DNA of 62,576 nt, filler included, from Rhabdomonas costata (lineage: Eukaryota): NCBI GenBank assembly GCA_019059605.1. It is 42 parts of 42 records of this genome, joined end to end, with 100 filler letters (N's around TTAATTAATTAA, not from the genome) between each part and the next. Parts side by side here need not be neighbours in the genome. Positions count along the whole stretch, not along the records: positions 35,819 to 37,211 come from JAHMHO010017268.1; positions 37,312 to 38,698 come from JAHMHO010017269.1; positions 38,799 to 40,191 come from JAHMHO010017270.1; positions 40,292 to 41,684 come from JAHMHO010017271.1; positions 41,785 to 43,177 come from JAHMHO010017272.1; positions 43,278 to 44,668 come from JAHMHO010017273.1; positions 44,769 to 46,160 come from JAHMHO010017274.1; positions 46,261 to 47,653 come from JAHMHO010017275.1; 34 more parts are not named here. The stretch is one strand, 5' to 3'. This document shows, in pieces, positions 35,890-47,653 of this stretch. The number at the start of each line of letters is the position of its first letter. Position 1 is the first letter of the stretch. The notes beneath the pieces are model-generated. The model saw nothing but the letters and a program-made list of their open reading frames with translations. It was not told where the DNA came from and searched no databases. The translations under genes and the position numbers were made by a program.

Positions 35890-38800
35890 GTTCCTTTCGC
35901 CACGTTTATTGCTGCTTACCCTATGCACCTCCTCCGCGTGCCCGCAACAGCAACTGAGCTGTCCATGCCATGCCCTGTGTGGACGTGGATGTGGCGGAGG
36001 TGGCCAGACGATGTCCGCCTGTTCTCACAGCCACTATGGTGGGTTGTTTTGTGTGCTGCCCAGTGGTTCGCTGGAGCCCTGGTGCATGTTTCCGGCACTC
36101 ATACTCCGGATGTGTCCAGATGGAGACCCTTCCGGCGCAGCTCGAGGCCGCCGGGTACAAGTTCACCAAGTTGGATTACCGCATGTAACCAACTAACCAG
36201 CACAGTTACTTCGGCAGTTATATATATACAGTTGGTTTGCAGGCACGATTGACCACGAAAGGCACTCACCGGACGGTAACGTACGCAGAGCCCCGCACGG
36301 CAATGGCCTCCATGATAGGCCGCTCCACATCCCCGCTGTCGGGATCCACCACGGACTGGAACGCGAAGGTCGCCGCGAACTTCCCCCCTCCCTGAGACAG
36401 AACCGCCCCATGTCTTGCACCGTCGACAGCACCCAGTCCGCCTCCGTGGGCTCGGCTAAGGAGTTAACTACGTCCTTCGCCCCCACGACGAAAGGGTATG
36501 ACACCTGTCAACGCAGAAAAAAATGCTAAAGCATCGGGACAGCTCAGAGGGAATCAACGGTGTGTACGTCTTTGCCACCAATGTCCCAAGAGCATATATA
36601 CAATGGACACCCATTCTGCAACTCATGATACACCCATTCTACAGCTCAACTCATGATTACTGTGTTAAATTCTCCATTTGACGGGCGACGCTCCCACGAA
36701 ACAACACCGCGCAGCTTCCGGTCTTCCACACCTCTTGCTGGCGCCATTTATACAGGCAAAACCCCCACCGGCAATTTCCAGATAACCGCCAGCCGCTAGG
36801 TGGTATTGGTGTATCGGTTATATGGTTTATCGACACATGTATCTCTCCATAACAACTGAGATCAAAATCCCCCTTGTGTCTCGAGATACAACCCCACCTC
36901 ACGACACGAGAGCTCGCAAAAAAAATGTCGCCTCGTTACCTCCCACAGGTGCTCCAAAAATTTAAGAGACTACCGCCCAGCAATTAAGAGACTCAAACAA
37001 AAGAGAATGCCGTTTTCCGTTGTCGATAATCTCCTAGTTGATGGGCGGTAGTCTCTTAAATTCGAGAGACGGATGTAAGTCCCCGCGAGACTTTGATCCA
37101 CGGACGAGGCAGGGGAACGCGCAGGGGGTACCCGAAGCCCTCCCGCGGGCATCAGAGTGAGCAGGTACGGCACGGTAGTGATTCTGCGCAAGGGGGGGTG
37201 CCCCTCCACCCNNNNNNNNNNNNNNNNNNNNNNNNNNNNNNNNNNNNNNNNNNNNTTAATTAATTAANNNNNNNNNNNNNNNNNNNNNNNNNNNNNNNNN
37301 NNNNNNNNNNNTGTGTGTTGTTCTGCTTTCAGGACATTTCTGACTTTAGGAACCTAGATCTGAGTAAATACCTTGAAGGCTGAGTGGTGGGGGCTGCAGT
37401 TGCGACTGTGGTGCTGTGTCTTTGGACAGGACGACCCCAATCCCCTCTGTGAACCCCAACGAGCTCAAGCGCCATACGGCGGAGAAGGAAAAGCTGATCC
37501 GAGAGCTGTGCCAGAGCTACGTCCGCAACCCACAGGTCCCCCCCGACCCAAAGGGGTGAGTGGGTGGGGGGATTGCGGAGCACAGCTTCGACTGACAAGC
37601 GTGGTTGGCTTCCAATTATCGACAATTGTACACGCCTGTTGGCTTGCGGTCTTTTTCAACTGACTCTCCTTGCCTTTACAGAGGCCTTTCCAGAGGCAAC
37701 ACTGAACAGCATTTTCCCACCCCGGTTTTTGACGCCAGTGGTGGTACGAGTCAAAGGTGTGGTTGGAGGTATTTTTTTGATGGGGAGGCGGTGTTTGACA
37801 TTGCTAAACGGTGAGATGCGAGCAAGCTTGGCCACGCAAGAACCCCGAACAGGTGTGAAGCTTGCAGGTGAACACGGCAACTCTCAACCTCCCCTCCTCA
37901 GCCGGCCGCTAAAATATCCCAGATTTTTTTTGGGGGCTCACTTTTTCCTTTTTTTTTCACTTTTCCTTTTTTTCGTTTTTTTTTCTTTTTTTTTGGAATT
38001 TTTTTTGTGGTCGCACCCGCGGCCCTCAATCACTGCGAGCTTGGCCTGTCGAAAACGAATTACCCGTACCAGAAACGGGCAAGGTGAGGAACCCTCCCAG
38101 ACGGTCTCTATTTTCGCTTCTGATGACACAAACAGAAACAAAACCACTCCCAGAAAACCTCTCCTCTCAATTCTGGGAACCATTTTTCGCCCTTCCCGAA
38201 GTCGTACCCAAAGCGCAATCTAATGCACCACCGAGGAACTACCGAGGAAACCGAGGTAAGGCATCCAAATGCAAGACTCCTAGTCTCGTTCCTCAGTTTT
38301 TAACCGTCTAACCTCGGATACTATTCAACAACCTCCGAATGCATGACACCATCAAACGTTAACTGTTTGGGGTGCTCTTAAACCCGCAACAAGTCAGACG
38401 GACGCCATCCAATAAAAAGCTGATGTTTTTCCTCTCTCTCTCTCTCTCTTTCCCACCAGCATCTATTCTTTTTCTTTACGCGTGTCACTGCCTCTTTTGG
38501 GCTCGCCGATGACGGATCCCAACACCGTCTTGCAGCACATCCTCGCTGCTGTGGAGCAGATCAAGGCTTCCCAGCAGTCTCTCCAGCAGAGTCACGTCGA
38601 GCTTCAGACGCAGTTCTCTGCCTCCAAGCTCGACCTTGAGGCGAAGTTCGCCGCCCTCACCCTTTCTCTCGCCCCGCAGGTTCCTACCACCCCCACAANN
38701 NNNNNNNNNNNNNNNNNNNNNNNNNNNNNNNNNNNNNNNNNNTTAATTAATTAANNNNNNNNNNNNNNNNNNNNNNNNNNNNNNNNNNNNNNNNNNNNAG

Positions 38801-38993
38801 AAGATTTCATACTCTCCTCAGTCATGGGTCATCTGAATGCAGCGCTTGGTAGCTCCCGGTGTCCGCTCGACTTCAGCCATCCACGTTGAGCTCTTCACAT
38901 TTTGTAAGTGCGTCTTGCCAACACTTTTTCCTATTCCTTTCGATTTTTTGTCCCGCTGTGCAGCCGTATTTATTTTGTTTAAAAGGCGTTTCA

Positions 38994-40191
38994 ATGGAGG
39001 CGATCTATTTTGGCAATATTCCTGTGGTGCTTTGCACCGTCTCGGGGTGCGTGCGCAGTTTTTCTTCGAGTGAGTGGCAGGAGGACCGGAGCCCCGAGTC
39101 CGTGGCCCTGGTTTGCTCACGCTCACAGCGCCAGAAGGGCCCCGATTCTGATGTGCCCGACATCGTAGTCCCGGCCATCCCCGCCCTGGACTTCCAAGAC
39201 ATTTCTTCGGGAAAAGAAAGCGGCGTCCCGGTTCCTGAGTTCCTGAAGGTGCCTCTGCTGAAGTTCCCTGCCAGCACCTTCTCTGGGATTGCGGGGGTTG
39301 CCAGTGGGGTCCGTAGTGCACTGATCAAGGACCCTCAGGCACCGAACTTGTGGTTCCGTCTCAAGGGCTGCGGCAACGTTGACCAGGGGTTTCCGGTCCG
39401 TGTGAATCCGAATCCACCGGGACCCAGTGGGGGCTCGGGATGGAGAGATATTCGAGGCTGCGCCTTTCCTCACACCGCCCTTCGTGAGCTGAAGATGAAC
39501 CAGCTGCTGACCTCGGAGCTCGCTTCTCGAGGAGTGGTCAGCGTGAACACCGCTGTGGGCTTCGCCTTGTACAGTGCACCGCACCTCCCTCTGGGCCCCG
39601 ACTTTCCCACCGCTTGTGTGCTGATGAAGACCTTAGGAGACCGCAGGCTGGGCAGCCATGTCCTCTCCGGACTGGAGCTGCTGCTTCCTCTCTTAGTCGA
39701 CGACGCAAAACTTAACCCTGAGAAGCTCACCCAGGTTTTCCCATCTAAGAGGCCCGGCAGGGCTGAGGGAGATCTCAGCAAGATCGCAACCTCGGCGGAG
39801 CTTATGTCGGATTATATGCTAGGCACCCTGCCAGTGAGGCAGGATGGTGTGTATGGGTTGACTTGGCCGGATTTGCCTCGGGACAGCTCTGTTTTAGCCG
39901 ACCTTACAAAGGCAGAGCATGCCCTCCCCGAAGTCCCGCCGGCTGCCTTGAAATTTCCCAAACAATGGACAAAGGGCGGATTTGAAATAATGACTCCTTT
40001 CTGGCAAAAGCTTTGGCAAGAAGCCGCTGAACAATACTCCACCGCCCTCTCAAAGTGCCGCGAAGGCGGCGGAGTGGAGGGTTTTACCTCCTCTCACGTT
40101 TTGGCGTACCTTTACTCCCGCGTTGGATACGACGCCGGTTGCGTTTTGCGCGGGATGCACGGGCTGGGCGTCTCCTGGGGCACCACCACCC
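38994..40191 (+). CDS. Uncharacterised intronless protein with SelO/YdiU-like kinase-fold motifs, 3'-truncated
   Basis: The frame runs from ATG 38994 to the contig end (~400 codons). Motif order: SGVRSAL..WFRLKGCG..RGCAFPHTALRE..GDRRLGSH..GMHGLGVSWG. This parallels SelO GDGR..LKGAG..GRAVLRSxIRE..HLRFGHF..GFAHG. The coding call is solid; the family call is tentative. Confidence 0.65.
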
Positions 40192-41388
40192 NNNNNNNNN
40201 NNNNNNNNNNNNNNNNNNNNNNNNNNNNNNNNNNNTTAATTAATTAANNNNNNNNNNNNNNNNNNNNNNNNNNNNNNNNNNNNNNNNNNNNCCACCTTGT
40301 GCAAGCAAGGTCGGGATACAGTCCAGCTCGAGTGGGATCCAGAGGCACGACCACACAAAGAGGTAGGAGCCAGCGTTTTAGGGCGGCGGTGGTTGATCAT
40401 AATGACCGACATGTGACCGTTTCCCCTGGAGGGCGCTGGTATTTCTGATAAATCGATGGCAGCTGACAGTGGCGGAGTTTATCTTGTGACAGAGTATTTC
40501 CATTAGCTCCGGAATTTCTGTTGTCGCGTTATATATGATTTCTCATGCGTGTTTCAGTAACCCGTATCCAGATAAACTATGGTACCCATAACGATGAAAT
40601 CACGGATGAATACAACCCTACAAAGGTCACCACTGTGTTGTACATCGTGCAGAGCACAACCATGCCAATTCCGAAATGGAACTCATCCGCGCCTATCCGC
40701 ATCCGCGGCAACCGCCTCCCGCGCAGGGGCGACAACCCCCCCCAGCTCCTCGAGATAGCCCTCCACCTCTGCAAGAAAAACGAGCATACGACGAAGCTTG
40801 CATAACGCAACGGTTACATTCGGGAGTAGCGTAACAAGCCCAAATCGCAGAACGGCCTGACACAGACTGGCCTTTTGATATCAACCCCCAGAACTTGGGA
40901 CCACTCGGGCCTTGGGGTATGCTCACTCATATGCCTAGTCACCTTTGACCAGTCGCGGAGCATACGAAATCGTTGACGACGCGAACCACTTCAACGTCGG
41001 ACTAAAAGACGTCAATCAAAGAAGATCGGCCCAAAGGCCAAAGGGCAATTGCTGCTGTAGCCGAGATCCCGAAAATACGCTGCCTCATATGGGCAACGCT
41101 GCTGCGGAAATCAAAGCACAGAAGCGCAGAAAGCACAGAAATAAACGCCTGCAAGACTACGAGGACAAAACGGAACGACGACTGGCTATGAAAGCACTCA
41201 AACATGCCCGTAGAAGGATCCAGCCCCCCCAGAGGGCATCACGGGAAAAGTACTCGTGCCGTCGTCAGCGAACATTGTGCGGATGAAGTCATACACCAGC
41301 GCAGGCAACCCTTGCACAAACTCAAGAGGGCTGGTTTCCGCAAAAATCCATCTCTGTGAGCCAACAACGGGCATTCAAAAGGGCTACA

Positions 41389-41545
41389 GTCGGCCAGCCA
41401 ATCCGCAATGAAATCGTTGGATTGTTGGACTCCGGCATTGGTTCAACAATCCATTCCACTTGATCAAACTTCCACCCTAACGTTACAAAATGGCACCACC
41501 TAATGTCACAGGCCAGGAATGCAACAGGGGTCGGGGACGGCGGCA
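41389..41545 (+). pseudogene. Possible degenerate retroelement aspartic protease
   Basis: IRNEIVGLLDSGIGSTI contains a hydrophobic-hydrophobic-D-S-G motif (41428-41436). An in-frame stop and ATGVGDGG (flap-like) follow. The evidence is short. Confidence 0.35.
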
Positions 41546-41844
41546 ATAGACGTCGTGACCATGATTTCTTTCAAACACCACCGGAACCAGTTCGCGTCAG
41601 ATAGTCCCATTTTCTCCAGAATGATATGGAAGAAACAGCCCTGCAGAACCCATGAGCCGTCACAAGCAGCCAAAAAACCCACCCNNNNNNNNNNNNNNNN
41701 NNNNNNNNNNNNNNNNNNNNNNNNNNNNTTAATTAATTAANNNNNNNNNNNNNNNNNNNNNNNNNNNNNNNNNNNNNNNNNNNNGTGTGGGTGGGTAAGG
41801 TGCTAACTTGTCTTCAATGGAAATAAAATGAGACGGTTCCATGC

Positions 41845-43134
41845 CTGCAAGTCCTTCAGCACTGTCCCTTCGTTTGCATAGAGCTCACATTGCCGGGGTG
41901 TGATCTTCAGAACGTAAAGAAGACCATCGGTCCGCGCGTCACGATTCTCGCAAAGGCACAGGCGCGAAGCAGGAGAGGACGCAAGTTCCTGAGAGAGCAA
42001 TCCAGTACACATTTGCGCGGGTGAGCTACTGGAAGCAATGCTTCCTCATTTTCGGCCCTGGTCCTCCCATCCCTCTTCCCTGGTGAGGGTGAGGCCAAAT
42101 ATGACGCGTTTATTGTCACCTTTCAAAAGACGATGGTGGTGACACAAGATGTAGTGGCGTTAGCAATCAACAATTCGTCGCTATCTTCCCAACCCAAAAA
42201 GTCTGGAAAATTACTCCTATGTTGACCTGTTTTGAAAACCCTTGCCGTCGTTTTCGTGCTTGCGATGTGCTTGCGATCTCCAGTTGCATATCCAGTTGGC
42301 AAGCTTTCGGTCTGGGGTGTCATATGCTCTTCACACGCCCCATCCAGCAACGCTTGTTTCTAGCTGCCGCCCCGCTGTTTTTGTGTATTCCGTGAGTTTG
42401 CGAGTGAAAACAGCTCTTGGTGATCGGCGCATTCGTTGCTCTTTGCGCCCTCATCCTTTTCACGTCGAGTTTATCTTCGCGAGCGGAAATAGAAACCGCC
42501 TTTGCGGGTTCCCCATCTTGCTCTTTATTTCGGCCGGGTGCGGTTTGTTGCTGTTTATTTTCTGTTGGTAATGCTGTTGAACCAATAACTGAACTGTGGT
42601 CACGCAGTGCCGTGCATTTATTCACCCAAAACCAAAACGTGATTGTATTAGTTTCCCAAAAATTGTTAATGAAATTTGAGTTTTTTAAATTTGAAAAAAG
42701 GGGAACAGACGAACAGAAGAACAGAGCATGAAGTGAGAAATGGTCACAACAACGCCGTGGAGAACAAAATGTGAAGTTCAATTCATCAGAAGGTTTCACC
42801 CGCTTTTCAGTTCTTGAGTAAAAAGAACACTGAAACTATGAAAACTAGACTTGGAATACAAGTCAAAAGTCATCATCACCGCCCCGCTCCCGAAGAGCTA
42901 GATCCTAGGAAATGTAGAGGGGTTGAGGGGGTTTAGAGGGATTGGGAAATACTGAAGAAGGAAACGTACTTGGACAATCCGGTACTCGTTAATGCACAAG
43001 TTGCCTTTCCGGCGTTCCCGAGAAATGACAGCCTGCTCCACATGCTTCACCGGGGTCACAGAAGGCGGCCCAGGAATGGCCTCCTTCTTCCTGGCCTCTT
43101 TTCGAAAAATACCTTTAACAGGGCAGCAACCCAT
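41845..43134 (-). CDS. Protein kinase N-terminus (subdomains I-III) with an MGCC acylation motif
   Basis: Exon 43134-42970 (donor GTACGT) joins exon 41988-41845. Product: MGCCPVKG...GNLCINEYRIVQ|ELASSPASRLCLCEN..GLLYVLKIT..YANEGTVLKDLQ. The INEY, YVLK (VAIK-equivalent) and alphaC Glu pattern fit. Confidence 0.65.
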
Positions 43135-44444
43135 TTTGTGAGCTAAACATAATGCGGGAGTGCAAATAAAAAAACCCNNNNNNNNNNNNNNNNNNNNNNN
43201 NNNNNNNNNNNNNNNNNNNNNTTAATTAATTAANNNNNNNNNNNNNNNNNNNNNNNNNNNNNNNNNNNNNNNNNNNNTTTAGGTGGTATGAATGGAATTA
43301 TATACGATGAAGTATAGTTATACTCCATTCTCGTGAATTACTGAGGTTTTGACATCAGGAAGCAGAGACTAATCAACTGCAAAGATTTTGCATTACTTAG
43401 TGATCAGATCAGTGATTCATTGAATTCCAAATCTCATTTCTGCAATGTCGCCAACTTTACCAGAGTTATCTACGACAATACTCGCGCAGTAAGTGAGGTT
43501 TAAAAGCCGTCTGGAGACTTATTTGAACGCACCAATAATCCACTCGCCGAATATAAGGCCAAAAATTGTAAGGCTGTAATGTGGCTGCAAAGGAAGAGGC
43601 TTTGTAGTGCTTCTTTGATGGTATGTGTACTCATTCACCAGAACAATGCTGGATACCTAGAATTTCAAACTGTGCCAATGTCGATACCACAAGTTTTAGC
43701 AAGGTCTTTGATTTCATTAGGCAGATGTCAGTTTACTCTATCAGTATTCGAGTACATTCGAGTACGCAGACGTAAATTAAAAGTGTATCCATACTGCAAT
43801 ATTACATCGTTGAGTCGGAAATGGAGTGTTTGACAAAATACCATAGATCTCAAAATACAGATGGCCTTCAGCACAAAAGGCCCATCGTGAGTGTAAATTT
43901 TGGAGCAATGAGTCGTAGTGAAAGTCGAAGTGAATTATGTTATAAAAGCAAGCTTTATGTTTACGTGGGATCAATTAAAGCTTCGTAATATCTAGAATTC
44001 AAATGGATAACGTCCACAGCCATCAGGATTTCACGCGGAAAACATTGGATTGAATATGCATTGTCGCAACTGAGGTAGTCTTGGCGATGTCCTCTCTCCG
44101 TGCAGGTGTGAATATTAAAGTCGCAGGTGGAAACCAGAGAAAAGCGTATGGCCTGCTATGCAAAATACACAAACTGCATAGGCGTCACGAAAGCTTCATT
44201 ATTTTCATGTGGTTCAGTGGCAAGCTTCTTCAGTTACGAGATGTTACTCATGGAGAAAGATATCAGAAGAGCGCTCATATGATATCATAGTGATATCTAA
44301 TGTGCTTTTTTGCCATGAGAGTTACCATAAAGCTTTCTATTTGAGTTAAAATCTCATAACACTAGTTAATGCCCTAGATAACAGGATATAGAGGACACAG
44401 TTTAAAACTTGAAACAAAAGTGGTGCAGATGGAAAGTCGATCTC

Positions 44445-44662
44445 GGGTGGAGGTTGGGTATTCTTTATCTTTACCTGATATTTTAACACAACGGGCGAGA
44501 GTAAAGCAGAAGCAGATGCACAAGTGGTGGTGTAGTACTCTTCATTATTGATGACTCAAAAATGAAGAGTACTACACCACCACTTGTGCATCTGCTTCTG
44601 CTTTACTCTCGCCCGTTGTGTTAAAATATCAGGTAAACATAAAGAATACCCAACCTCCACCC
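44445..44662. repeat. Fold-back inverted repeat (~100-bp arms) at contig end
   Basis: gggtggaggttgggtattctttat...gtactcttcatt is mirrored by aatgaagagtac...ataaagaatacccaacctccaccc, almost perfectly. Confidence 0.95.
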
Positions 44663-45018
44663 AACACANNNNNNNNNNNNNNNNNNNNNNNNNNNNNNNN
44701 NNNNNNNNNNNNTTAATTAATTAANNNNNNNNNNNNNNNNNNNNNNNNNNNNNNNNNNNNNNNNNNNNTGGGGTCCGCTGCTCAGGATACTTTTTTAAAA
44801 GAATTTTCTGTTAGGATGGACATCCGAGATTCTTGTTGTTTTTTCCTTGCTGTTTTGCTTGACTTTCATCTTCGTTTCATCTTTCACCCGAAAATGAGGA
44901 AGAAATTCCCAAATGCATGCCTGCTGGGTGCAATCCGATCATCATCAGTGGGTCATCAACATTATCAGCCATAAACAAAGAAGGCGAAAGCAAACACAAA
45001 CAACACAGACAAACGGAC

Positions 45019-45807
45019 CGTTCGAGCTCCTCGCGGACGCGCTGCACCTCCAGGTTGCACAGGGTTTCCCGGAACCACGCTGGGGGGGTCAGGCGGTCCA
45101 GGAATTTCTTGTACCGTAGGCAGGACTGCATCTGCAATCCCCCACCCCCGACCACGCATTGAGCATCGGAAAAAGAACAGGGACGGCCTTTGTCTGCTGA
45201 GAATTCTATCCACGCTTGGCCGCTTCGTTGAAAGCAAAAGAACGCAGACTCCCTTCCCTTCCATGTGAAAGCAGTCCTGTACGAATGTTTTCAGACCTGC
45301 TGGTTGAGACCCCCCCCTAAAAAATTCACATTTTTTTTAACTTTTCACCGCGGTCACTCGCGTATTCTTTGTTTCTTGTGAGTCCCCTATTAGCGAGCGG
45401 AATTAGAGACCGCCATGGCGGATTCCCGCCTTTTCCATTTCCGGTGGCATTGACCAAGCTCGCAGTGATTAAGGGCCGGGGGTGCGACGACCCAAAGTGA
45501 GCTTTCAAAAAAACAAGCCCCCACTAAAATTTTTTTAATTTCCGCTATTTACAAATTTGTCTTAGAAGTTTTTTTAAATACAAAAAGGAAGGAGTTCCTG
45601 ATGTGAGGCGGCATAGTGCAAGCCACAGCGGCATTTCTCTGGTGTGGTTCCTTCAAGGGCTCAGAAAGGAGATACACACACACTCAGCTTTTGCTGCCTG
45701 CATAACGCGCGGGGCACAGACCTGCTCCTCGTACTTGAGCTTCTCGTTGCTAATCGTGGCGATCTGAGCGCTGAGCTTCTTGATCTCTGCAGTCTTCTCC
45801 TGCTTCC
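45019..45807 (-). CDS. CFAP100: CFAP100/CCDC37-CCDC38 family flagellar coiled-coil protein, two exons
   Basis: Exons 45807-45722 and 45131-45019 give KQEKTAEIKKLSAQIATISNEKLKYEEQ|MQSCLRYKKFLDRLTPPAWF. This matches the family pattern KxEKxxEIKxL..I.....KYEE.L.....YKxFLDxxTPxEW. Confidence 0.8.
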
Positions 45808-46499
45808 CTGTTGTTGGGGAGTTGCGTTTTCTGAAAGAAACGTAGGGAGCAAAGAGACTCATTGGGTCAATAAAGGCGACATTGGGTAGCAGCGAGTACC
45901 GGCACGTGGGCTCAAAGGAAGGCCCGTCCATTTCATTTCCTTGGATGCTCAAAACATACATGTGCACGCAACGCACATGCAAAATGTGCTGAGGCGGAGG
46001 TACAAACGCACTGGTAACCCTTCTCTCGGATTCTATGGTGCAGTGCATCAGGCGTTCGATACATTTTTTGAGGGTTATACCGTTTACCGAAGGTGAACGG
46101 CGGGGGTACAAAACTATGCGGATGGGCTTGGCCACCCAAAACCCCAACCACACCCAACACNNNNNNNNNNNNNNNNNNNNNNNNNNNNNNNNNNNNNNNN
46201 NNNNTTAATTAATTAANNNNNNNNNNNNNNNNNNNNNNNNNNNNNNNNNNNNNNNNNNNNTTACTGACGTAGGCAGTGCAGTCCGCTATCACCGCCCCAC
46301 CCGCAAGGAGAGACCGAAAGGGAACCATGTGGAACAAAGCTGGAGTGTCAGCGTCGATATTTACAGGCCAAAGGCAGGACTGCACCCACTTGGGGTGTTC
46401 TGATGAGGGGATAAAAAGGGTCCCACGCGGGGCCGCGCTTCCGGTTCATCCGCGAGGGCAACAGACGGCAAAACCCCTGTCCACCCAACACTAGCATAG

Positions 46500-47000
46500 A
46501 TGGTATCCGAAAAAAAATAGAGGTACGGTAGACTGGCCATTACGTCGCCGGTCGAACTGTGTTTGGCGAGGGAGTCGGCGAGACGCTGTGCATCTGCTGC
46601 CAGGGTTCCCCATGGGCAGTCATGCTCAGCAGGGGTGTATCCTTCCAGGACGCGGCGCGAGGTGAGCAGGGCAGCTTGGTGGGCCATGATCCGGTCCACT
46701 ATGTCCAGTATATCAGAGCCCGATGGTTTGACCCATGGCACTCCCAGAAGGAGGCATCTTGAACCAACGTCGAAGCGTAGTTGGCACAAAGGATACCACG
46801 GTGAGTGACGAGCACGGCGGCAAACACAACACGATACCCGTGACGGGCTCCATCACTGACTACCAGGAAGGGCCCCTCGTCATTGGCATCAGCGACATAG
46901 GAGATCGAGTGGATCACGGTGGACGGCAGCGTCAGGGATGGATCAAGAATAAGATGGAGATGGAACACTCTTCCTGGAACAAGGTGATGTCGGAGGCGTT
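46500..47000 (-). mobile_element. Degenerate retrotransposon RNase H domain
   Basis: FLVVSDGARHGYRVVFAAVLV...ASFWE lies in one frame and YTPAEHD..LAADAQRLADSLAK in another (cf. RNase H TDGS, WVPAH and NExADxLAK). Frameshifted; boundaries approximate. Confidence 0.55.
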
Positions 47001-47092
47001 AACCGATTAGTCACCTCTGCTGCTCATTTGCTGGGCTGAACCGGACGTTCTTCTGCAGGGCTCCTTCTATTTCAGCTTCTGCTCTGTCGTAG

Positions 47093-47344
47093 CGCACTGT
47101 TGCGCCGATGCCCTTCACGGACATCTGCGAGAAGTCGCTGCGCGGTGTGTGTGCGGAGAATCCTCGCACCTGCGGAGCGGCCCACGGGTTCGGAGAGCTA
47201 TCCAACCTTTCGTGCTGGGTATACTTCCGGGATAACCCCAGGGCCACAGAGATAGACGCCGCCAGGCTGCTTCCCGAGCACGCCCGGGACCCGAGCTTTC
47301 GAGTCATCCCCATCCTTGAAGGTGTGCAGGGCGCGCTGTCGTGA
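47093..47344 (+). CDS. CCCH zinc-finger protein, probable terminal exon
   Basis: AG acceptor at 47091-47092. ICEKSLRGVCAENPRTCGAAHGFGEL is C-x7-C-x6-C-x3-H with the typical AHGxxEL tail. Stop at 47342-47344. Confidence 0.6.
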   Translation, partial: RTVAPMPFTDICEKSLRGVCAENPRTCGAAHGFGELSNLSCWVYFRDNPRATEIDAARLLPEHARDPSFRVIPILEGVQGALS

Positions 47345-47526
47345 TGGTGGTGGACGAGGATTTATCCGAGTGGAGAGGTTCAGAGCGGTGGCATTGAAGG
47401 GGGGACCACAGAACTGCTCCAACACGGCACGAGCGTCGGTGGGTTCACCCAACCTCACCAGAAGCCCTGACGAGAAAAGTCACACAGGAGAATAGCCAAC
47501 CCCAACAAACCACTCACCAACATCCT

Positions 47527-47653
47527 GTCCACCACCATCACGACAGCGCGCCCTGCACACCTTCAAGGATGGGGATGACTCGAAAGCTCGGGTCCCGGGC
47601 GTGCTCGGGAAGCAGCCTGGCGGCGTCTATCTCTGTGGCCCTGGGGTTATCCC
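47527..47653 (-). repeat. Exact 127-nt inverted copy of 47229-47355 at contig end
   Basis: Reverse-complement identity over exactly 127 nt, which fits an inverted chimera truncated at the assembler k-mer length. Confidence 0.9.

Noticed and set aside
38509-38698. Coiled-coil ORF start (MTDPNTVLQHILAAVEQIK...) as retrotransposon gag/ORF1
   Set aside because: It is plausibly coding but is truncated after about 63 codons with no diagnostic motif.
44445-44662. Long terminal hairpins (also 20738-20802, 35822-35889, 11798-11831, 47527-47653) as hairpin telomeres or linear replicon ends
   Set aside because: All lie at contig extremities of amplified DNA and one is exactly k-mer length. Fold-back chimeras explain them more simply.
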